Origin: a virus
Taxonomy: Duplodnaviria; Caudoviricetes
DNA length: 34,166 nt
Virus record (IMG/VR): IMGVR_UViG_3300020045_003659
Location: 1-34,166 of that record
Direction: 5' to 3' (one strand)
This document shows positions 19,121 through 27,478 of the stretch, in pieces. The stretch's first letter is position 1. Each line of letters opens with the position of its first letter. The notes beneath the pieces were generated by a model, which ran no database searches, was not told the DNA's origin, and saw only the letters and a program-made list of their open reading frames with translations. The position numbers and the translations under genes are program-made.

Positions 19121-19424
19121 TTGAGTTTTCCTTCAACATAACCGGGAATAGCTCGGGACAAGCAACGTGGATCAGCGTCAATGTCTGTAGTCCGTAGTTC
19201 CTGTGACCTTCGGCGAATGACATTGCCATCGCGTTGGTATTGAACACAGACCGGAAAACACCGGCTTTCTCCAGAAGACGCCACACAACCCGGCGCCCCT
19301 GCTTGTTTCGCATAAGCCACTTGATATCCGACTCTTCCGTATCGTTGGACTTCTTCTGATCGCGGTCCTGAGATTCGCGGGCAGCTTCTTGCGCTCTGAT
19401 GTCGGTTGGGTCGTATTCGCTCAC
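19095..19424 (-). CDS. Bbp19-like conserved phage protein
   Basis: DIKWLM..KQGRRVVWRLLE.AGVF...FAEG.RN.GL; GTG start. Confidence 0.8.
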   Translation of the reverse strand: MSEYDPTDIRAQEAARESQDRDQKKSNDTEESDIKWLMRNKQGRRVVWRLLEKAGVFRSVFNTNAMAMSFAEGHRNYGLQTLTLIHVACPELFPVMLKENSNERNTDDD

Positions 19425-19430
19425 ATGGGC

Positions 19431-19462
19431 AATCTATTTGTGTCGCGGTTAAATGCGTACAC
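19431..19462 (-). promoter_or_regulatory. Putative late promoter (scaffold/capsid block)
   Basis: GTGTACGCAT (19462-19453), 16 bp, TAGATT (19436-19431), 6 nt, GTG. Confidence 0.72.
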
Positions 19463-19688
19463 CATTGCTATCAACTTGGTGAATGAGTGCGCCCGGAGTG
19501 ATCCCAAGAACTGCACAAGCTTCATCCCGCATCGCCAGGGCATGTCTCGCTTGTGCGGCGGCCTCTGCAATCTCTGCGTTGCGCAATGCCCTGACAGCTT
19601 CCACGCGGTCCACGATGGCGTTGTTGCTCCAAGACCCTGCGGCGAAGGCCGCTAGGTCTTGGAGGGCTTTGTCTACTGCGTCGGTCAC
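19449..19688 (-). CDS. Hypothetical protein
   Basis: 79 aa, GTGA-coupled to the SGNH gene. Confidence 0.6.
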   Translation of the reverse strand: MTDAVDKALQDLAAFAAGSWSNNAIVDRVEAVRALRNAEIAEAAAQARHALAMRDEACAVLGITPGALIHQVDSNGVRI

Positions 19689-21055
19689 AGCGAAAGCACC
19701 GCTGCCCTGAGCGCCGAATAGAACCGATCAGCCAGGTAATCAATGCCTGCGGTGATCACATGCGTCCCGCCAGCGTCGGTGTAGATGTCGCCGTTCCCAG
19801 TGCCGGAAGGCGTCCCAGTGCGGCCCGTACCGGTTTGCCACGGTGTGCCACCCGTGCTTCCGGATATGCCCCAGCTTGTTTCCCAGGTGCCTGCGATGTT
19901 GTGGATCAGCACGTAGTCACCGCCCGCAGCTTTCACTGCATTGGTGATGGGGGTGCCGATGCTGGTCATATAGGCGGCGCCGTTCGTTTCCACCGGGCAA
20001 AACGGGTCCATCACGACAAACAAGGCGTCTGGGCAGGCGGCGCGCAGAGCTGCAAAGTAGGCAGTCGTGTACGCGGCGTTCCCTGACAAAGCTTGGTCAT
20101 TGAGGCCCAAAGCCACGCTGATGATCTTTGGCCCGCCATCAAAAGCACTGGTCACGTTGCCAATGCGCTCGATGGCATTGGATAGCGAGTTGCGGGCCTG
20201 ATAGCCCGAGCCACCCACTGGACCGGAAGAAAAAGCCGTGATGCCCAATGCTGCTGCAGCCTGAGAAACAATGCCTGCGTACAACTGGAAAGACGAGCGA
20301 CTCTGCGAATAGCTGTCACCCTCGTGAGCCCAGGTGAGTTCAGACAGCGCAAGACTCCCGATGCTGTCTGTGTTGCCAAGAACAACCCCGCCGATGCCGT
20401 AGCTCGGCTCGGACACCACGACGATATTCCGTGGCTGCTTTGTCGAAAATGCGACCCGCACCCAGTAGCGGGATGACCCCGCGCCTGCAAACGTATACCC
20501 CGTGACGGAAGCGGGCTTTCCATTCACAAAAATATTCCCCGCCCAACCACCGCCAACAGCAAAACCAAACACTTGGGCATCTGTCTGAAACGAGATTGGG
20601 ATGGCGCCATTTGACCCACCAACAAAATTGGATTTCAGAAAGTCAAACGACTGGCCGTCGTTAAATGCACCAGTCATCCCGATCACGGTATTGGATGGGA
20701 AGCTGATTTGCGAAGTCTTAACCCCGGCCACTTGCAGCTTGATGAAGCGATAGGAGGAAAGCGGAGAGGCCCATGCAGAAGGCTGAACTTGGGCGCCTTC
20801 CATCGTCACGGTTGGCACGTCAGCACTGACGGCCATCTTGCTTGTCACCGCGCCCTGCGCAGCAAATGCAGCCTTGAGCTTTGCGGCAGGGCTGCTCAGC
20901 CGCTCACTGATCGCAGCAATAGGGTCAGGACTCGCACGGTTGAACGCCGAACCATCAATGTGCCGCTCTCGATCCAGCCTGTCGATGTAGCCAAGAAGCT
21001 TCCCATCGTCATCAACCAGGAATGGGATAGCCCCGTCAATTTTGTAGCCTGCCAT
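19685..21055 (-). CDS. SGNH/GDSL esterase domain protein
   Basis: GDSYS (block I), GGSGY (II), LGLND (III), D.GGTH (V); preceded by a beta-rich domain. Confidence 0.85.
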   Translation of the reverse strand: MAGYKIDGAIPFLVDDDGKLLGYIDRLDRERHIDGSAFNRASPDPIAAISERLSSPAAKLKAAFAAQGAVTSKMAVSADVPTVTMEGAQVQPSAWASPLSSYRFIKLQVAGVKTSQISFPSNTVIGMTGAFNDGQSFDFLKSNFVGGSNGAIPISFQTDAQVFGFAVGGGWAGNIFVNGKPASVTGYTFAGAGSSRYWVRVAFSTKQPRNIVVVSEPSYGIGGVVLGNTDSIGSLALSELTWAHEGDSYSQSRSSFQLYAGIVSQAAAALGITAFSSGPVGGSGYQARNSLSNAIERIGNVTSAFDGGPKIISVALGLNDQALSGNAAYTTAYFAALRAACPDALFVVMDPFCPVETNGAAYMTSIGTPITNAVKAAGGDYVLIHNIAGTWETSWGISGSTGGTPWQTGTGRTGTPSGTGNGDIYTDAGGTHVITAGIDYLADRFYSALRAAVLSL

Positions 21056-21064
21056 GATTCTTCC

Positions 21065-22738
21065 TCAGGTGTAGCCGCTGAATGCTGCGGTCGCGTCTGT
21101 CAATAGATTGGGTTGCGATGTGTTCACGCCGCCCAGCTTTGCCGCTGCGTCTGCGGCCATGCTTGCCTGTTCGGCCTGTTGCTGCTGCGCCATCTGTTGA
21201 GCGCGGGACTGACGAATCAGTGCAACCTGTTCACCAGCCACGATCTGGTCAGGATCAACGCCAAGAGCATCAGCATATGCATCGATGTCTTTGTCAGTGT
21301 CGTACTTGTCCCAAACTGATGTATCACCCTTGAGTTGGGCCAAAATGCCAATGTGATTTACCAGCCTATCGACGTTGTTCGTAGCAACCGCCCGTTGTGC
21401 CTGAGCCAGCATGGACACGAACTCGATGGAAAGTTCTTTGCCTTGCATTTCCTGCGGTGGCGGCGGGAGAGTCCCAGCTTCGATCTGCTGGGCAAAGGTC
21501 ATTTCAACCATTGGTGCCAGCATTTCGTTGTGCAGGCGCTCCAATACAGGACCGAGCATCAGCAGCTTTTCCTCGTGGCGCTCTGCAACTTCGGTCGCCG
21601 TCATCTGCCCATTGGTGCCGTTCGCCAGCATCAGGAACATATCGGCATGAAAGGCGGAATTGATCCGCTCGCGCACGTCCCGAATGTCGTCCAGCAGGTA
21701 TTGCAGGTTCAGCGTAGTCTCAAACGCCGTCCTTACACCGCCGTTGGGGTTTGCCGGGTCAACGAACGTCACACCGCCAGGAAGTCGGTTAACCCCGTTG
21801 ATCTTCGTCGCCATTGGGGCCTGCAATGGTGGTTCAACCTGATAGCTGATACCCTTGGCCTTCGTCTTCTGCTCGTGCTGTAGCTGCTTGATGTCGCCGA
21901 GCGCTTCCATTGCCGGTGAATTGCCGTACACATCCCCACCAGAGATAGCCCAGCGAGGGCATACAGCGTTGAACTCCTTGTATCCAGACTCGCGCAAAAG
22001 TTCGTCGTTATCCCCGCCTGCCTCGAAATAGCAGGAGCGAAACGGCATGTTCATCGCGTCCTTCTTACTCAGGTCGCGGTCTGCCCTTGGTTCAATGGCG
22101 TGATGAATCGGAATGAACGTGTCCAGATTGCCACGGTCATACAGCCCACGGACTGACAGTGAGCAGTTGTCATAACCGAACTCGCGCACCATCTGAACCA
22201 CGGACATTGAAAACTCGCGGTACAACGTGTTGACGTGCCCCTGATAGTTCTCAGCAATGGCGTATTGGCCCACCGTCAGCGGGTGATGGTGGATCACGTT
22301 CTTGAAGTCTGGAACGATGATGGTCGATGCCGTACCGAATGCCCCAAGCTCTTCGTACATCGTGTGCAATGCGCGATAGGTATTCGACCGAGCGAACACC
22401 AGCATCATCTGAGTGCGAACGTCCTTAAGCCATTGTTTGACAGCAGCCGATTCATCCAGATCAGGGTCGCTCGTCGTCAATCGAAACCACGGGCGTGCTG
22501 GGCTTGTCATTCCAGCCATCAGGCCCGCAGCCAACACACGCAGGCCACGGGTAGCCGTGCTGTCATATATCGCGTTGTGGCGCTTATCGCCCTTGTTTCG
22601 GTCGGAAACGATGAATCGACCAGAGCGAGGCAGCAGGTTATCGCTAATCTCGCGCCAGTGATCCATCCACCCGGAACGCTCATTCTTCAACGCGCCCCAT
22701 CGGCGCATCATCTGAATGCGTGGCTTGTCCTGATTCAT
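21065..22738 (-). CDS. Portal protein (head-tail connector)
   Basis: 557 aa; LAAGLMAGMTSPARPWF, YGNSPAMEALGD, MTATEVAERHEEK. Confidence 0.95.
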   Translation of the reverse strand: MNQDKPRIQMMRRWGALKNERSGWMDHWREISDNLLPRSGRFIVSDRNKGDKRHNAIYDSTATRGLRVLAAGLMAGMTSPARPWFRLTTSDPDLDESAAVKQWLKDVRTQMMLVFARSNTYRALHTMYEELGAFGTASTIIVPDFKNVIHHHPLTVGQYAIAENYQGHVNTLYREFSMSVVQMVREFGYDNCSLSVRGLYDRGNLDTFIPIHHAIEPRADRDLSKKDAMNMPFRSCYFEAGGDNDELLRESGYKEFNAVCPRWAISGGDVYGNSPAMEALGDIKQLQHEQKTKAKGISYQVEPPLQAPMATKINGVNRLPGGVTFVDPANPNGGVRTAFETTLNLQYLLDDIRDVRERINSAFHADMFLMLANGTNGQMTATEVAERHEEKLLMLGPVLERLHNEMLAPMVEMTFAQQIEAGTLPPPPQEMQGKELSIEFVSMLAQAQRAVATNNVDRLVNHIGILAQLKGDTSVWDKYDTDKDIDAYADALGVDPDQIVAGEQVALIRQSRAQQMAQQQQAEQASMAADAAAKLGGVNTSQPNLLTDATAAFSGYT

Positions 22739-23166
22739 TACGCGCCCAGCAGTGTGCTTCTGCCTAATTGCAGCGTGTCAGCAGATACGCCCTGAGCGCC
22801 TGTCAGCATCGTCCCAGATGCACCAGCCTTACCAGCCTGTGCCGCCTCGTCAACAATGCGCGATGTGTTCGGGCGCTTTTGACTGGCCTTGTTCATGCTC
22901 TCGTCAGCGGCTTTGAGTTGCTTTTCCATCAAAGCCTTCGACTCAGCAGCAGCGCCAGCAGCTTGTGCAAGGTTGGCGTTGTTCATCGCCTGTTGTGCGC
23001 GAAGTTCAGTCTCCTGCATACGCTGAGCTTCAGCCATTTGTCGCTGTTGCTCTTGCATTTGCAGCCTGTTCTGGTGCTGGGCGTTGTTGGCTTGATCCAA
23101 GCTGGCAACCGTTCCCGCTGCTGCTGCACCTGCGGCAATCCATGCTGCTGTTGCTCCACCTGACAT
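22738..23166 (-). CDS. Small virion/ejection-associated protein
   Basis: Gly/Ala-rich hydrophobic N-terminus, Gln-rich coil, C-terminal GTMLTG...TLLG; directly before the portal gene. Confidence 0.65.
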   Translation of the reverse strand: MSGGATAAWIAAGAAAAGTVASLDQANNAQHQNRLQMQEQQRQMAEAQRMQETELRAQQAMNNANLAQAAGAAAESKALMEKQLKAADESMNKASQKRPNTSRIVDEAAQAGKAGASGTMLTGAQGVSADTLQLGRSTLLGA

Positions 23167-23168
23167 GG

Positions 23169-23624
23169 CTATTCTCCCGTGATGATGGTTTGATCTGATG
23201 CCGAGCGCCGAGAAAACAGCAACTCCGGTTCATCAGTGAATTGGTTCTCAGCCTCTTCAACTGAGGTCGCTTGTGTTGGAAAGCTCATTGACACCCATGT
23301 GTCAGCATTGGCAATGAATGCCTGCTTGCGCCCCGCACTGCCGGGAATAACGGCATACCCTGAGATACGAACCTCGTCGGTCCCGGTGAATACCGTCACA
23401 TCACCACATAGAACAAGCGTCGTAGGGATCTTGATAAGCACACCCGTAAGCGCCGCGCCTTTTGGAAGGCAGATCGTGCGGGTATAGATGCCGCCATGGA
23501 TCTGATGGTGTGTGGAGATTGCAACCTGAACGCGCTTCTTTAGATCAGCGTCGAATGCACGAACAGCGGCCACTGCCTTATCAGACATGGCTGGCAATCG
23601 CTGGCTGATGATGTCCAGATTCAT
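23169..23624 (-). CDS. Cupin-like (double-stranded beta-helix) protein
   Basis: HHQIHGGIYTRTICLPKG..LTG...GRKQ...DT pattern. Confidence 0.65.
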   Translation of the reverse strand: MNLDIISQRLPAMSDKAVAAVRAFDADLKKRVQVAISTHHQIHGGIYTRTICLPKGAALTGVLIKIPTTLVLCGDVTVFTGTDEVRISGYAVIPGSAGRKQAFIANADTWVSMSFPTQATSVEEAENQFTDEPELLFSRRSASDQTIITGE

Positions 23625-24079
23625 GCAAGCCTCTTGAAAAAGACTTCATTGGTCTGCTGATAGCCAGTTCGAGGCAGTACAACCGAAAGCCTTCCACCCA
23701 TAGGCGCACTGACGAACAAGCCGAAAGCGCCGAACTCCATAGCCATATCCTCAGCTTGGTTCAGCAAGAGCTTTCCAGCCCCCGTATGCCTGGCATGGGG
23801 CCGTACAAAATATGATTCGGTGGTGGCTATTGGGTTGTCATAGTGAGGCACCTTGGCCCCACCAACAGAAACAAGCCCAATCAATTCGCCGTCAGCCCAT
23901 GCGCCCGCAAACTTCATGATCCCAGCGGCTTCAAGTCCTGAGTACATGTCCATTTGCAATCGGCAAGGGCCTATGTCTGCCCGCTTACCTTCGCTCTCAT
24001 ACTCATCAGCGAGCGCGCCAAACTCTGGCGACTGGGCCAGATCGGCGACGGTGCAGCGTCTGACGGTGAGTTGATCCAT
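23621..24079 (-). CDS. GNAT-family acetyltransferase
   Basis: YFVRPHARHTGAGKLLL acetyl-CoA binding motif A and GY near the C-terminus. Start inferred at MDQL (24079); the ORF track start is 24097. Confidence 0.85.
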   Translation of the reverse strand: MDQLTVRRCTVADLAQSPEFGALADEYESEGKRADIGPCRLQMDMYSGLEAAGIMKFAGAWADGELIGLVSVGGAKVPHYDNPIATTESYFVRPHARHTGAGKLLLNQAEDMAMEFGAFGLFVSAPMGGRLSVVLPRTGYQQTNEVFFKRLA

Positions 24080-24086
24080 GCCGGGC

Positions 24087-24118
24087 ATACTGCCCATGGA
24101 CTAACTCAATGCGTACAC
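24087..24118 (-). promoter_or_regulatory. Putative late promoter (GNAT-portal block)
   Basis: GTGTACGCAT (24118-24109), 16 bp, CAGTAT (24092-24087), 7 nt, ATG. Confidence 0.62.
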
Positions 24119-24120
24119 CA

Positions 24121-25572
24121 TTAATAAGGCGTCCAATCCGCCTGTTTCTCGTATGGACTCCAGTCCGATGGCGTTCCAGCCTGGCGCGAGAACTCACTAC
24201 GCTTTGCAATCGGCATGGCAAAGGTCAAGGCCAGTGCATCGGCCCTGTCAGGTGAGCGACCAATCTGATCCTTGATCAGTTCTTTCTCGACAATGCGGAA
24301 CTTGTCGCCCTGATACACGAACGTGGTTGCACACAGTTCCTCTTTCAATTCGCGGTCTTCAACCAGTGCGCCGCCAGCTTTCACCCACTTGGCAAGCTCG
24401 AAGTACATTTCTGAGCGCTTGTTGAAGTAGCGGTAATCGTTGGCCCTGCCGCCGAACTGAACGCCGATCACGTCATGGCCCATCTGGCGCATGGCATCGA
24501 TCACCCCAGCGCCATAGCCGCCAGTCTCGTCAACAAGCATCCCATCCGCTTTGTACTTCTGCATTTCCATGACGAACTGTTGGGCTAGAACCATCGTGTC
24601 AGGGATTCGCATGGTCCTGATGGCGAACGATTGACGCCCTTGCCTGCGTGCAATAGCGCTTGAGTCGTCGCCCTGCCTTGCCACGTCCCCGCCAAGGACA
24701 ACAGGCGCTGACCGAAGCTCGTCCATGTTGTAGTGCCGAGCAAAGGCAGCATCAACGTCATCAGGGCCTAGCAGGGCATTGAAGCCTGTAGGCGGGAACA
24801 GTCCTAGGATGGTCGCCATGATCCATGGGTTATCTCGTCCGCCGTCAGTCGTCCTGATCATTTCCCGTGCGTGGTCAACGCTTACCCGTGGCGTGCGCTT
24901 TGGATCGTCAGGATCTGCGGTAATGGTGATGATGTCCCATAGCTCGCTAGCCTTTGTGCAGGACTCATAGAGCAAGCCGCTGGTGCTGGTAGGGTTGCCT
25001 GCCTGGATGATGGCCGCATCCTTTGGAGACCCTGTGAAGATTTGAGCAGCAGCACGTCCAACGGCTACCGGCATATCTCCCGTTTCATCAAGCAGGACAA
25101 ACGGGAATTGACTGTGCAGGCCAGACAAAGCCCGCCCAATGGCTTCAGCGTTGGCATCTTTTGCGAATGACCGAGCAGACAAGAACCACGTTTCCGGGTG
25201 CTCGTTGGCGTATATCTTCTCCTTCGTCCAGGTGAATGCGGACTTGAGGAATGCGCTGCGCTGCTGCCACTTGGACAGCTCAGCCCACAGGTTGTCTTTC
25301 AGGTTGTCCGAGGTGATCGACAGCGCCGCGCCCTTGGGATGCTCACCCTTGGACGCAAAGCAGGCCAGCCTGTGCCAGCCCATCCAAGCCAGCGTTGCCG
25401 ACTTACCAGGGCCAGTGCAAGCCTTCATGCACAGCCTGCGTGCGGTGTTGTACTCACCCCCAAGGTGAGACATAGCCTCGATCTGCCATTCGTCAGGCGT
25501 TACACCAAAGCAGTCCCGGACGAACTTAACCGGGTCTTTGCGCCATGCCCTGACCTTTTCAACCGGGGTCAT
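24121..25572 (-). CDS. terL: Terminase large subunit
   Basis: TGPGKS Walker A, LLDE Walker B, GNP, GGDVARQGDD and SPDRADALALTF nuclease motifs. Confidence 0.95.
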   Translation of the reverse strand: MTPVEKVRAWRKDPVKFVRDCFGVTPDEWQIEAMSHLGGEYNTARRLCMKACTGPGKSATLAWMGWHRLACFASKGEHPKGAALSITSDNLKDNLWAELSKWQQRSAFLKSAFTWTKEKIYANEHPETWFLSARSFAKDANAEAIGRALSGLHSQFPFVLLDETGDMPVAVGRAAAQIFTGSPKDAAIIQAGNPTSTSGLLYESCTKASELWDIITITADPDDPKRTPRVSVDHAREMIRTTDGGRDNPWIMATILGLFPPTGFNALLGPDDVDAAFARHYNMDELRSAPVVLGGDVARQGDDSSAIARRQGRQSFAIRTMRIPDTMVLAQQFVMEMQKYKADGMLVDETGGYGAGVIDAMRQMGHDVIGVQFGGRANDYRYFNKRSEMYFELAKWVKAGGALVEDRELKEELCATTFVYQGDKFRIVEKELIKDQIGRSPDRADALALTFAMPIAKRSEFSRQAGTPSDWSPYEKQADWTPY

Positions 25573-25757
25573 CGCTTCCCGTAAGCAGCCTGCTTAGCAG
25601 AGGATGCCCCCCCTGATGCTTGGCTTACAAGGTTTTCCCTCAGCATCTCGTTTGCCAAATACAAAGCTCGGACGTGATCCTGCAACTCTTGCTGTTCATC
25701 AAGCGTGAGTTGATCGGCACGTTTGATCAGTTGTTCAATTTCAGCTTTTGTCTTCAT
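25569..25757 (-). CDS. Hypothetical coiled-coil protein
   Basis: MKTKAEIEQLIK..., ATGA-coupled to terL. Confidence 0.55.
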   Translation of the reverse strand: MKTKAEIEQLIKRADQLTLDEQQELQDHVRALYLANEMLRENLVSQASGGASSAKQAAYGKR

Positions 25758-25759
25758 CA

Positions 25760-25981
25760 CTAATCCCCAATAAACAAACTCAAAGCCCAACAGATAGCAG
25801 ACAACGCCATCCACACAGGAACCATGCTAACCCTGTGCTCTTCAATCAGGTCTTCGTCAAATGGTGATTCACCGAACATCTTGGACAAGAACTTCTTTCG
25901 GCCAGATACAAACAAATCCCTGAAAAACACAGCCCACACAGCGAATCCGGCAAACACAAGCGATGCACCTATAAGCATCAT
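25760..25981 (-). CDS. Small 2-TM membrane protein
   Basis: Two hydrophobic segments; coupled to the terS stop. Confidence 0.55.
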   Translation of the reverse strand: MMLIGASLVFAGFAVWAVFFRDLFVSGRKKFLSKMFGESPFDEDLIEEHRVSMVPVWMALSAICWALSLFIGD

Positions 25982-26409
25982 TCTTCCCCAGCCGATGCAA
26001 TCATTTGCTCAAGGCCGATAACACCGCTGTGCTCGACCTGTTGTTTGTCGCCATAGATGCGCGGCAACCATTTGCCAATCAATCGCATACGAGTGTCAAT
26101 CATTAGGCGACGATGGGCCAGCATGTCCGCCTCTTTGATTTCAACACCGCCATCAGCCTTAGTTGTGCGCTCTTCGCCAATCATTGGGCTATTAGCAATC
26201 ATCACGCATTCATCGGCCATTGCGTGACAACCAAGCTCACGCGCCCGCAGGGAATTGCTACCGTGCTCAGGAATGTCCAACTCCCACCGTCTGCATGTGG
26301 AGTATGGAATGCCGATCTTCTTCGACACTTCCAGTAGCGACACGCCGTTAGCAAGTTGCTCACAGATCGCTCTGCCCTTCTCTTCCGTGTAGTGACTCTC
26401 TTGTGCCAT
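25978..26409 (-). CDS. terS: Terminase small subunit
   Basis: N-terminal HTH (ICEQLANG.SL) and RLMIDTRM..IGKWLPRIYGDK, as in Sf6 gp1-like terS. Confidence 0.88.
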   Translation of the reverse strand: MAQESHYTEEKGRAICEQLANGVSLLEVSKKIGIPYSTCRRWELDIPEHGSNSLRARELGCHAMADECVMIANSPMIGEERTTKADGGVEIKEADMLAHRRLMIDTRMRLIGKWLPRIYGDKQQVEHSGVIGLEQMIASAGEE

Positions 26410-26418
26410 GTGCGCTCC

Positions 26419-26649
26419 TTATGCTTCCACTCTCTTGAACCTAGCCGGTACTTCGGCCCTGCGGCGGTGCCTGCATATGTCTGCGACGGTCCATTTAGAC
26501 ATTTCCATTTTCTCTGCGATGGCTGGGTATGTCATGCCGTCATCCCTGAGTTGGCGGATTTGTTCGACTACCCGGTCGCTGAACCTTGCGAACTGGTTCC
26601 ATTGGCCGATCCTGTAGCCCCTCGCATTCACGCCGATGATTTTCACCAT
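26419..26649 (-). CDS. Small HTH DNA-binding protein
   Basis: VEQIRQLRDDGMTYPAIAEKMEMSKWTVADIC HTH; AAGGA RBS. Confidence 0.75.
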   Translation of the reverse strand: MVKIIGVNARGYRIGQWNQFARFSDRVVEQIRQLRDDGMTYPAIAEKMEMSKWTVADICRHRRRAEVPARFKRVEA

Positions 26650-26794
26650 GATCATCCTTGAAGTAGTCAGGGTAAACCAGCCTTAGCCGGTCGATGGTTT
26701 CATCAATGGCCTTCGCTCTTGCGTGCGGGTCTTTGTCTGTCGGAGTGCTTGCGGCTTTGCGCAATGCTTCCTTTGCAGAGTCTGGAAGGTTCAT
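26540..26794 (-). CDS. Hypothetical protein
   Basis: ATGA-coupled; its 3' end overlaps the HTH gene by about 110 nt. Confidence 0.5.
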   Translation of the reverse strand: MNLPDSAKEALRKAASTPTDKDPHARAKAIDETIDRLRLVYPDYFKDDHGENHRRECEGLQDRPMEPVRKVQRPGSRTNPPTQG

Positions 26795-26949
26795 TGATTA
26801 TCCTTCTTTCTCGCTGCAATGGAAAGAGCCAATGTCACCCTTAGCCACTGTTGACCACCGAGTAATTTCCACTCTGCGTATTGCTCAGGTGTCAGGTGCG
26901 ATCCGACACAACGGCGGTTTTTCGTCAGTTCACTTCTAGGTCTAGGCAT
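26791..26949 (-). CDS. Small basic protein (possibly DNA binding)
   Basis: MPRPRSELTKNRR...LGGQQWLR; TGATG-coupled. Confidence 0.6.
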   Translation of the reverse strand: MPRPRSELTKNRRCVGSHLTPEQYAEWKLLGGQQWLRVTLALSIAARKKDNQ

Positions 26950-27311
26950 CAGAACCCCACCGAGCGGATATTGAGTGCATCGGTTGCGCCTGCCCTGGCT
27001 GGTTGCGTCATCCATGAGGTGCTGAGCTTTTCACGCATTGTGCCATTCAAACACGGCATTTCACGCTCTTTCGGCTTTGCTGGTGCTTTGTACTTGAACC
27101 AGAGAATGCGGCCTTCTGGCGTGTTTTCCCGGCTCACCATCTTGGATTCAGCCATCCCGCGCAGGATGTTAGCCATGCGCTCCCGGCTGTAGCCATCAAA
27201 TGGCGCTGCAATTTCCGTGGTCGTGAGCTTCTTCTTGCCGATCAGTTCCAAGATGCTGATGCGCAACGGGCTGATATTGGTGGCGTATGGGCTAGGTTTC
27301 TTTTCAGTCAT
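26949..27311 (-). CDS. Winged-helix protein
   Basis: ILELIGKKKLTTTEIAA...LRGMAESKMVSR; start MTEKK (ATGA-coupled). Confidence 0.65.
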   Translation of the reverse strand: MTEKKPSPYATNISPLRISILELIGKKKLTTTEIAAPFDGYSRERMANILRGMAESKMVSRENTPEGRILWFKYKAPAKPKEREMPCLNGTMREKLSTSWMTQPARAGATDALNIRSVGF

Positions 27312-27478
27312 TTCTCTTCCTTGTGTTTGCATCCGTTGCACTTAGTGTCAGTCTTGCCTAGCTCAGTCTTCGTGTACTGGCAGGCCATCGTCATAACGTG
27401 CCTGATTTCCTTCACGCTTCCTGTTGCGTGGTAAAAGTTGTTGAATGGGGCGCGGTTATGGCATCCGTATTTGTTCAT
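27308..27478 (-). CDS. 56-aa Cys/His protein (not in ORF track)
   Basis: MNKYGCHNR...CQY...D.KCNGCKH; coupled to neighbours at both ends. Confidence 0.7.
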   Translation of the reverse strand: MNKYGCHNRAPFNNFYHATGSVKEIRHVMTMACQYTKTELGKTDTKCNGCKHKEEK

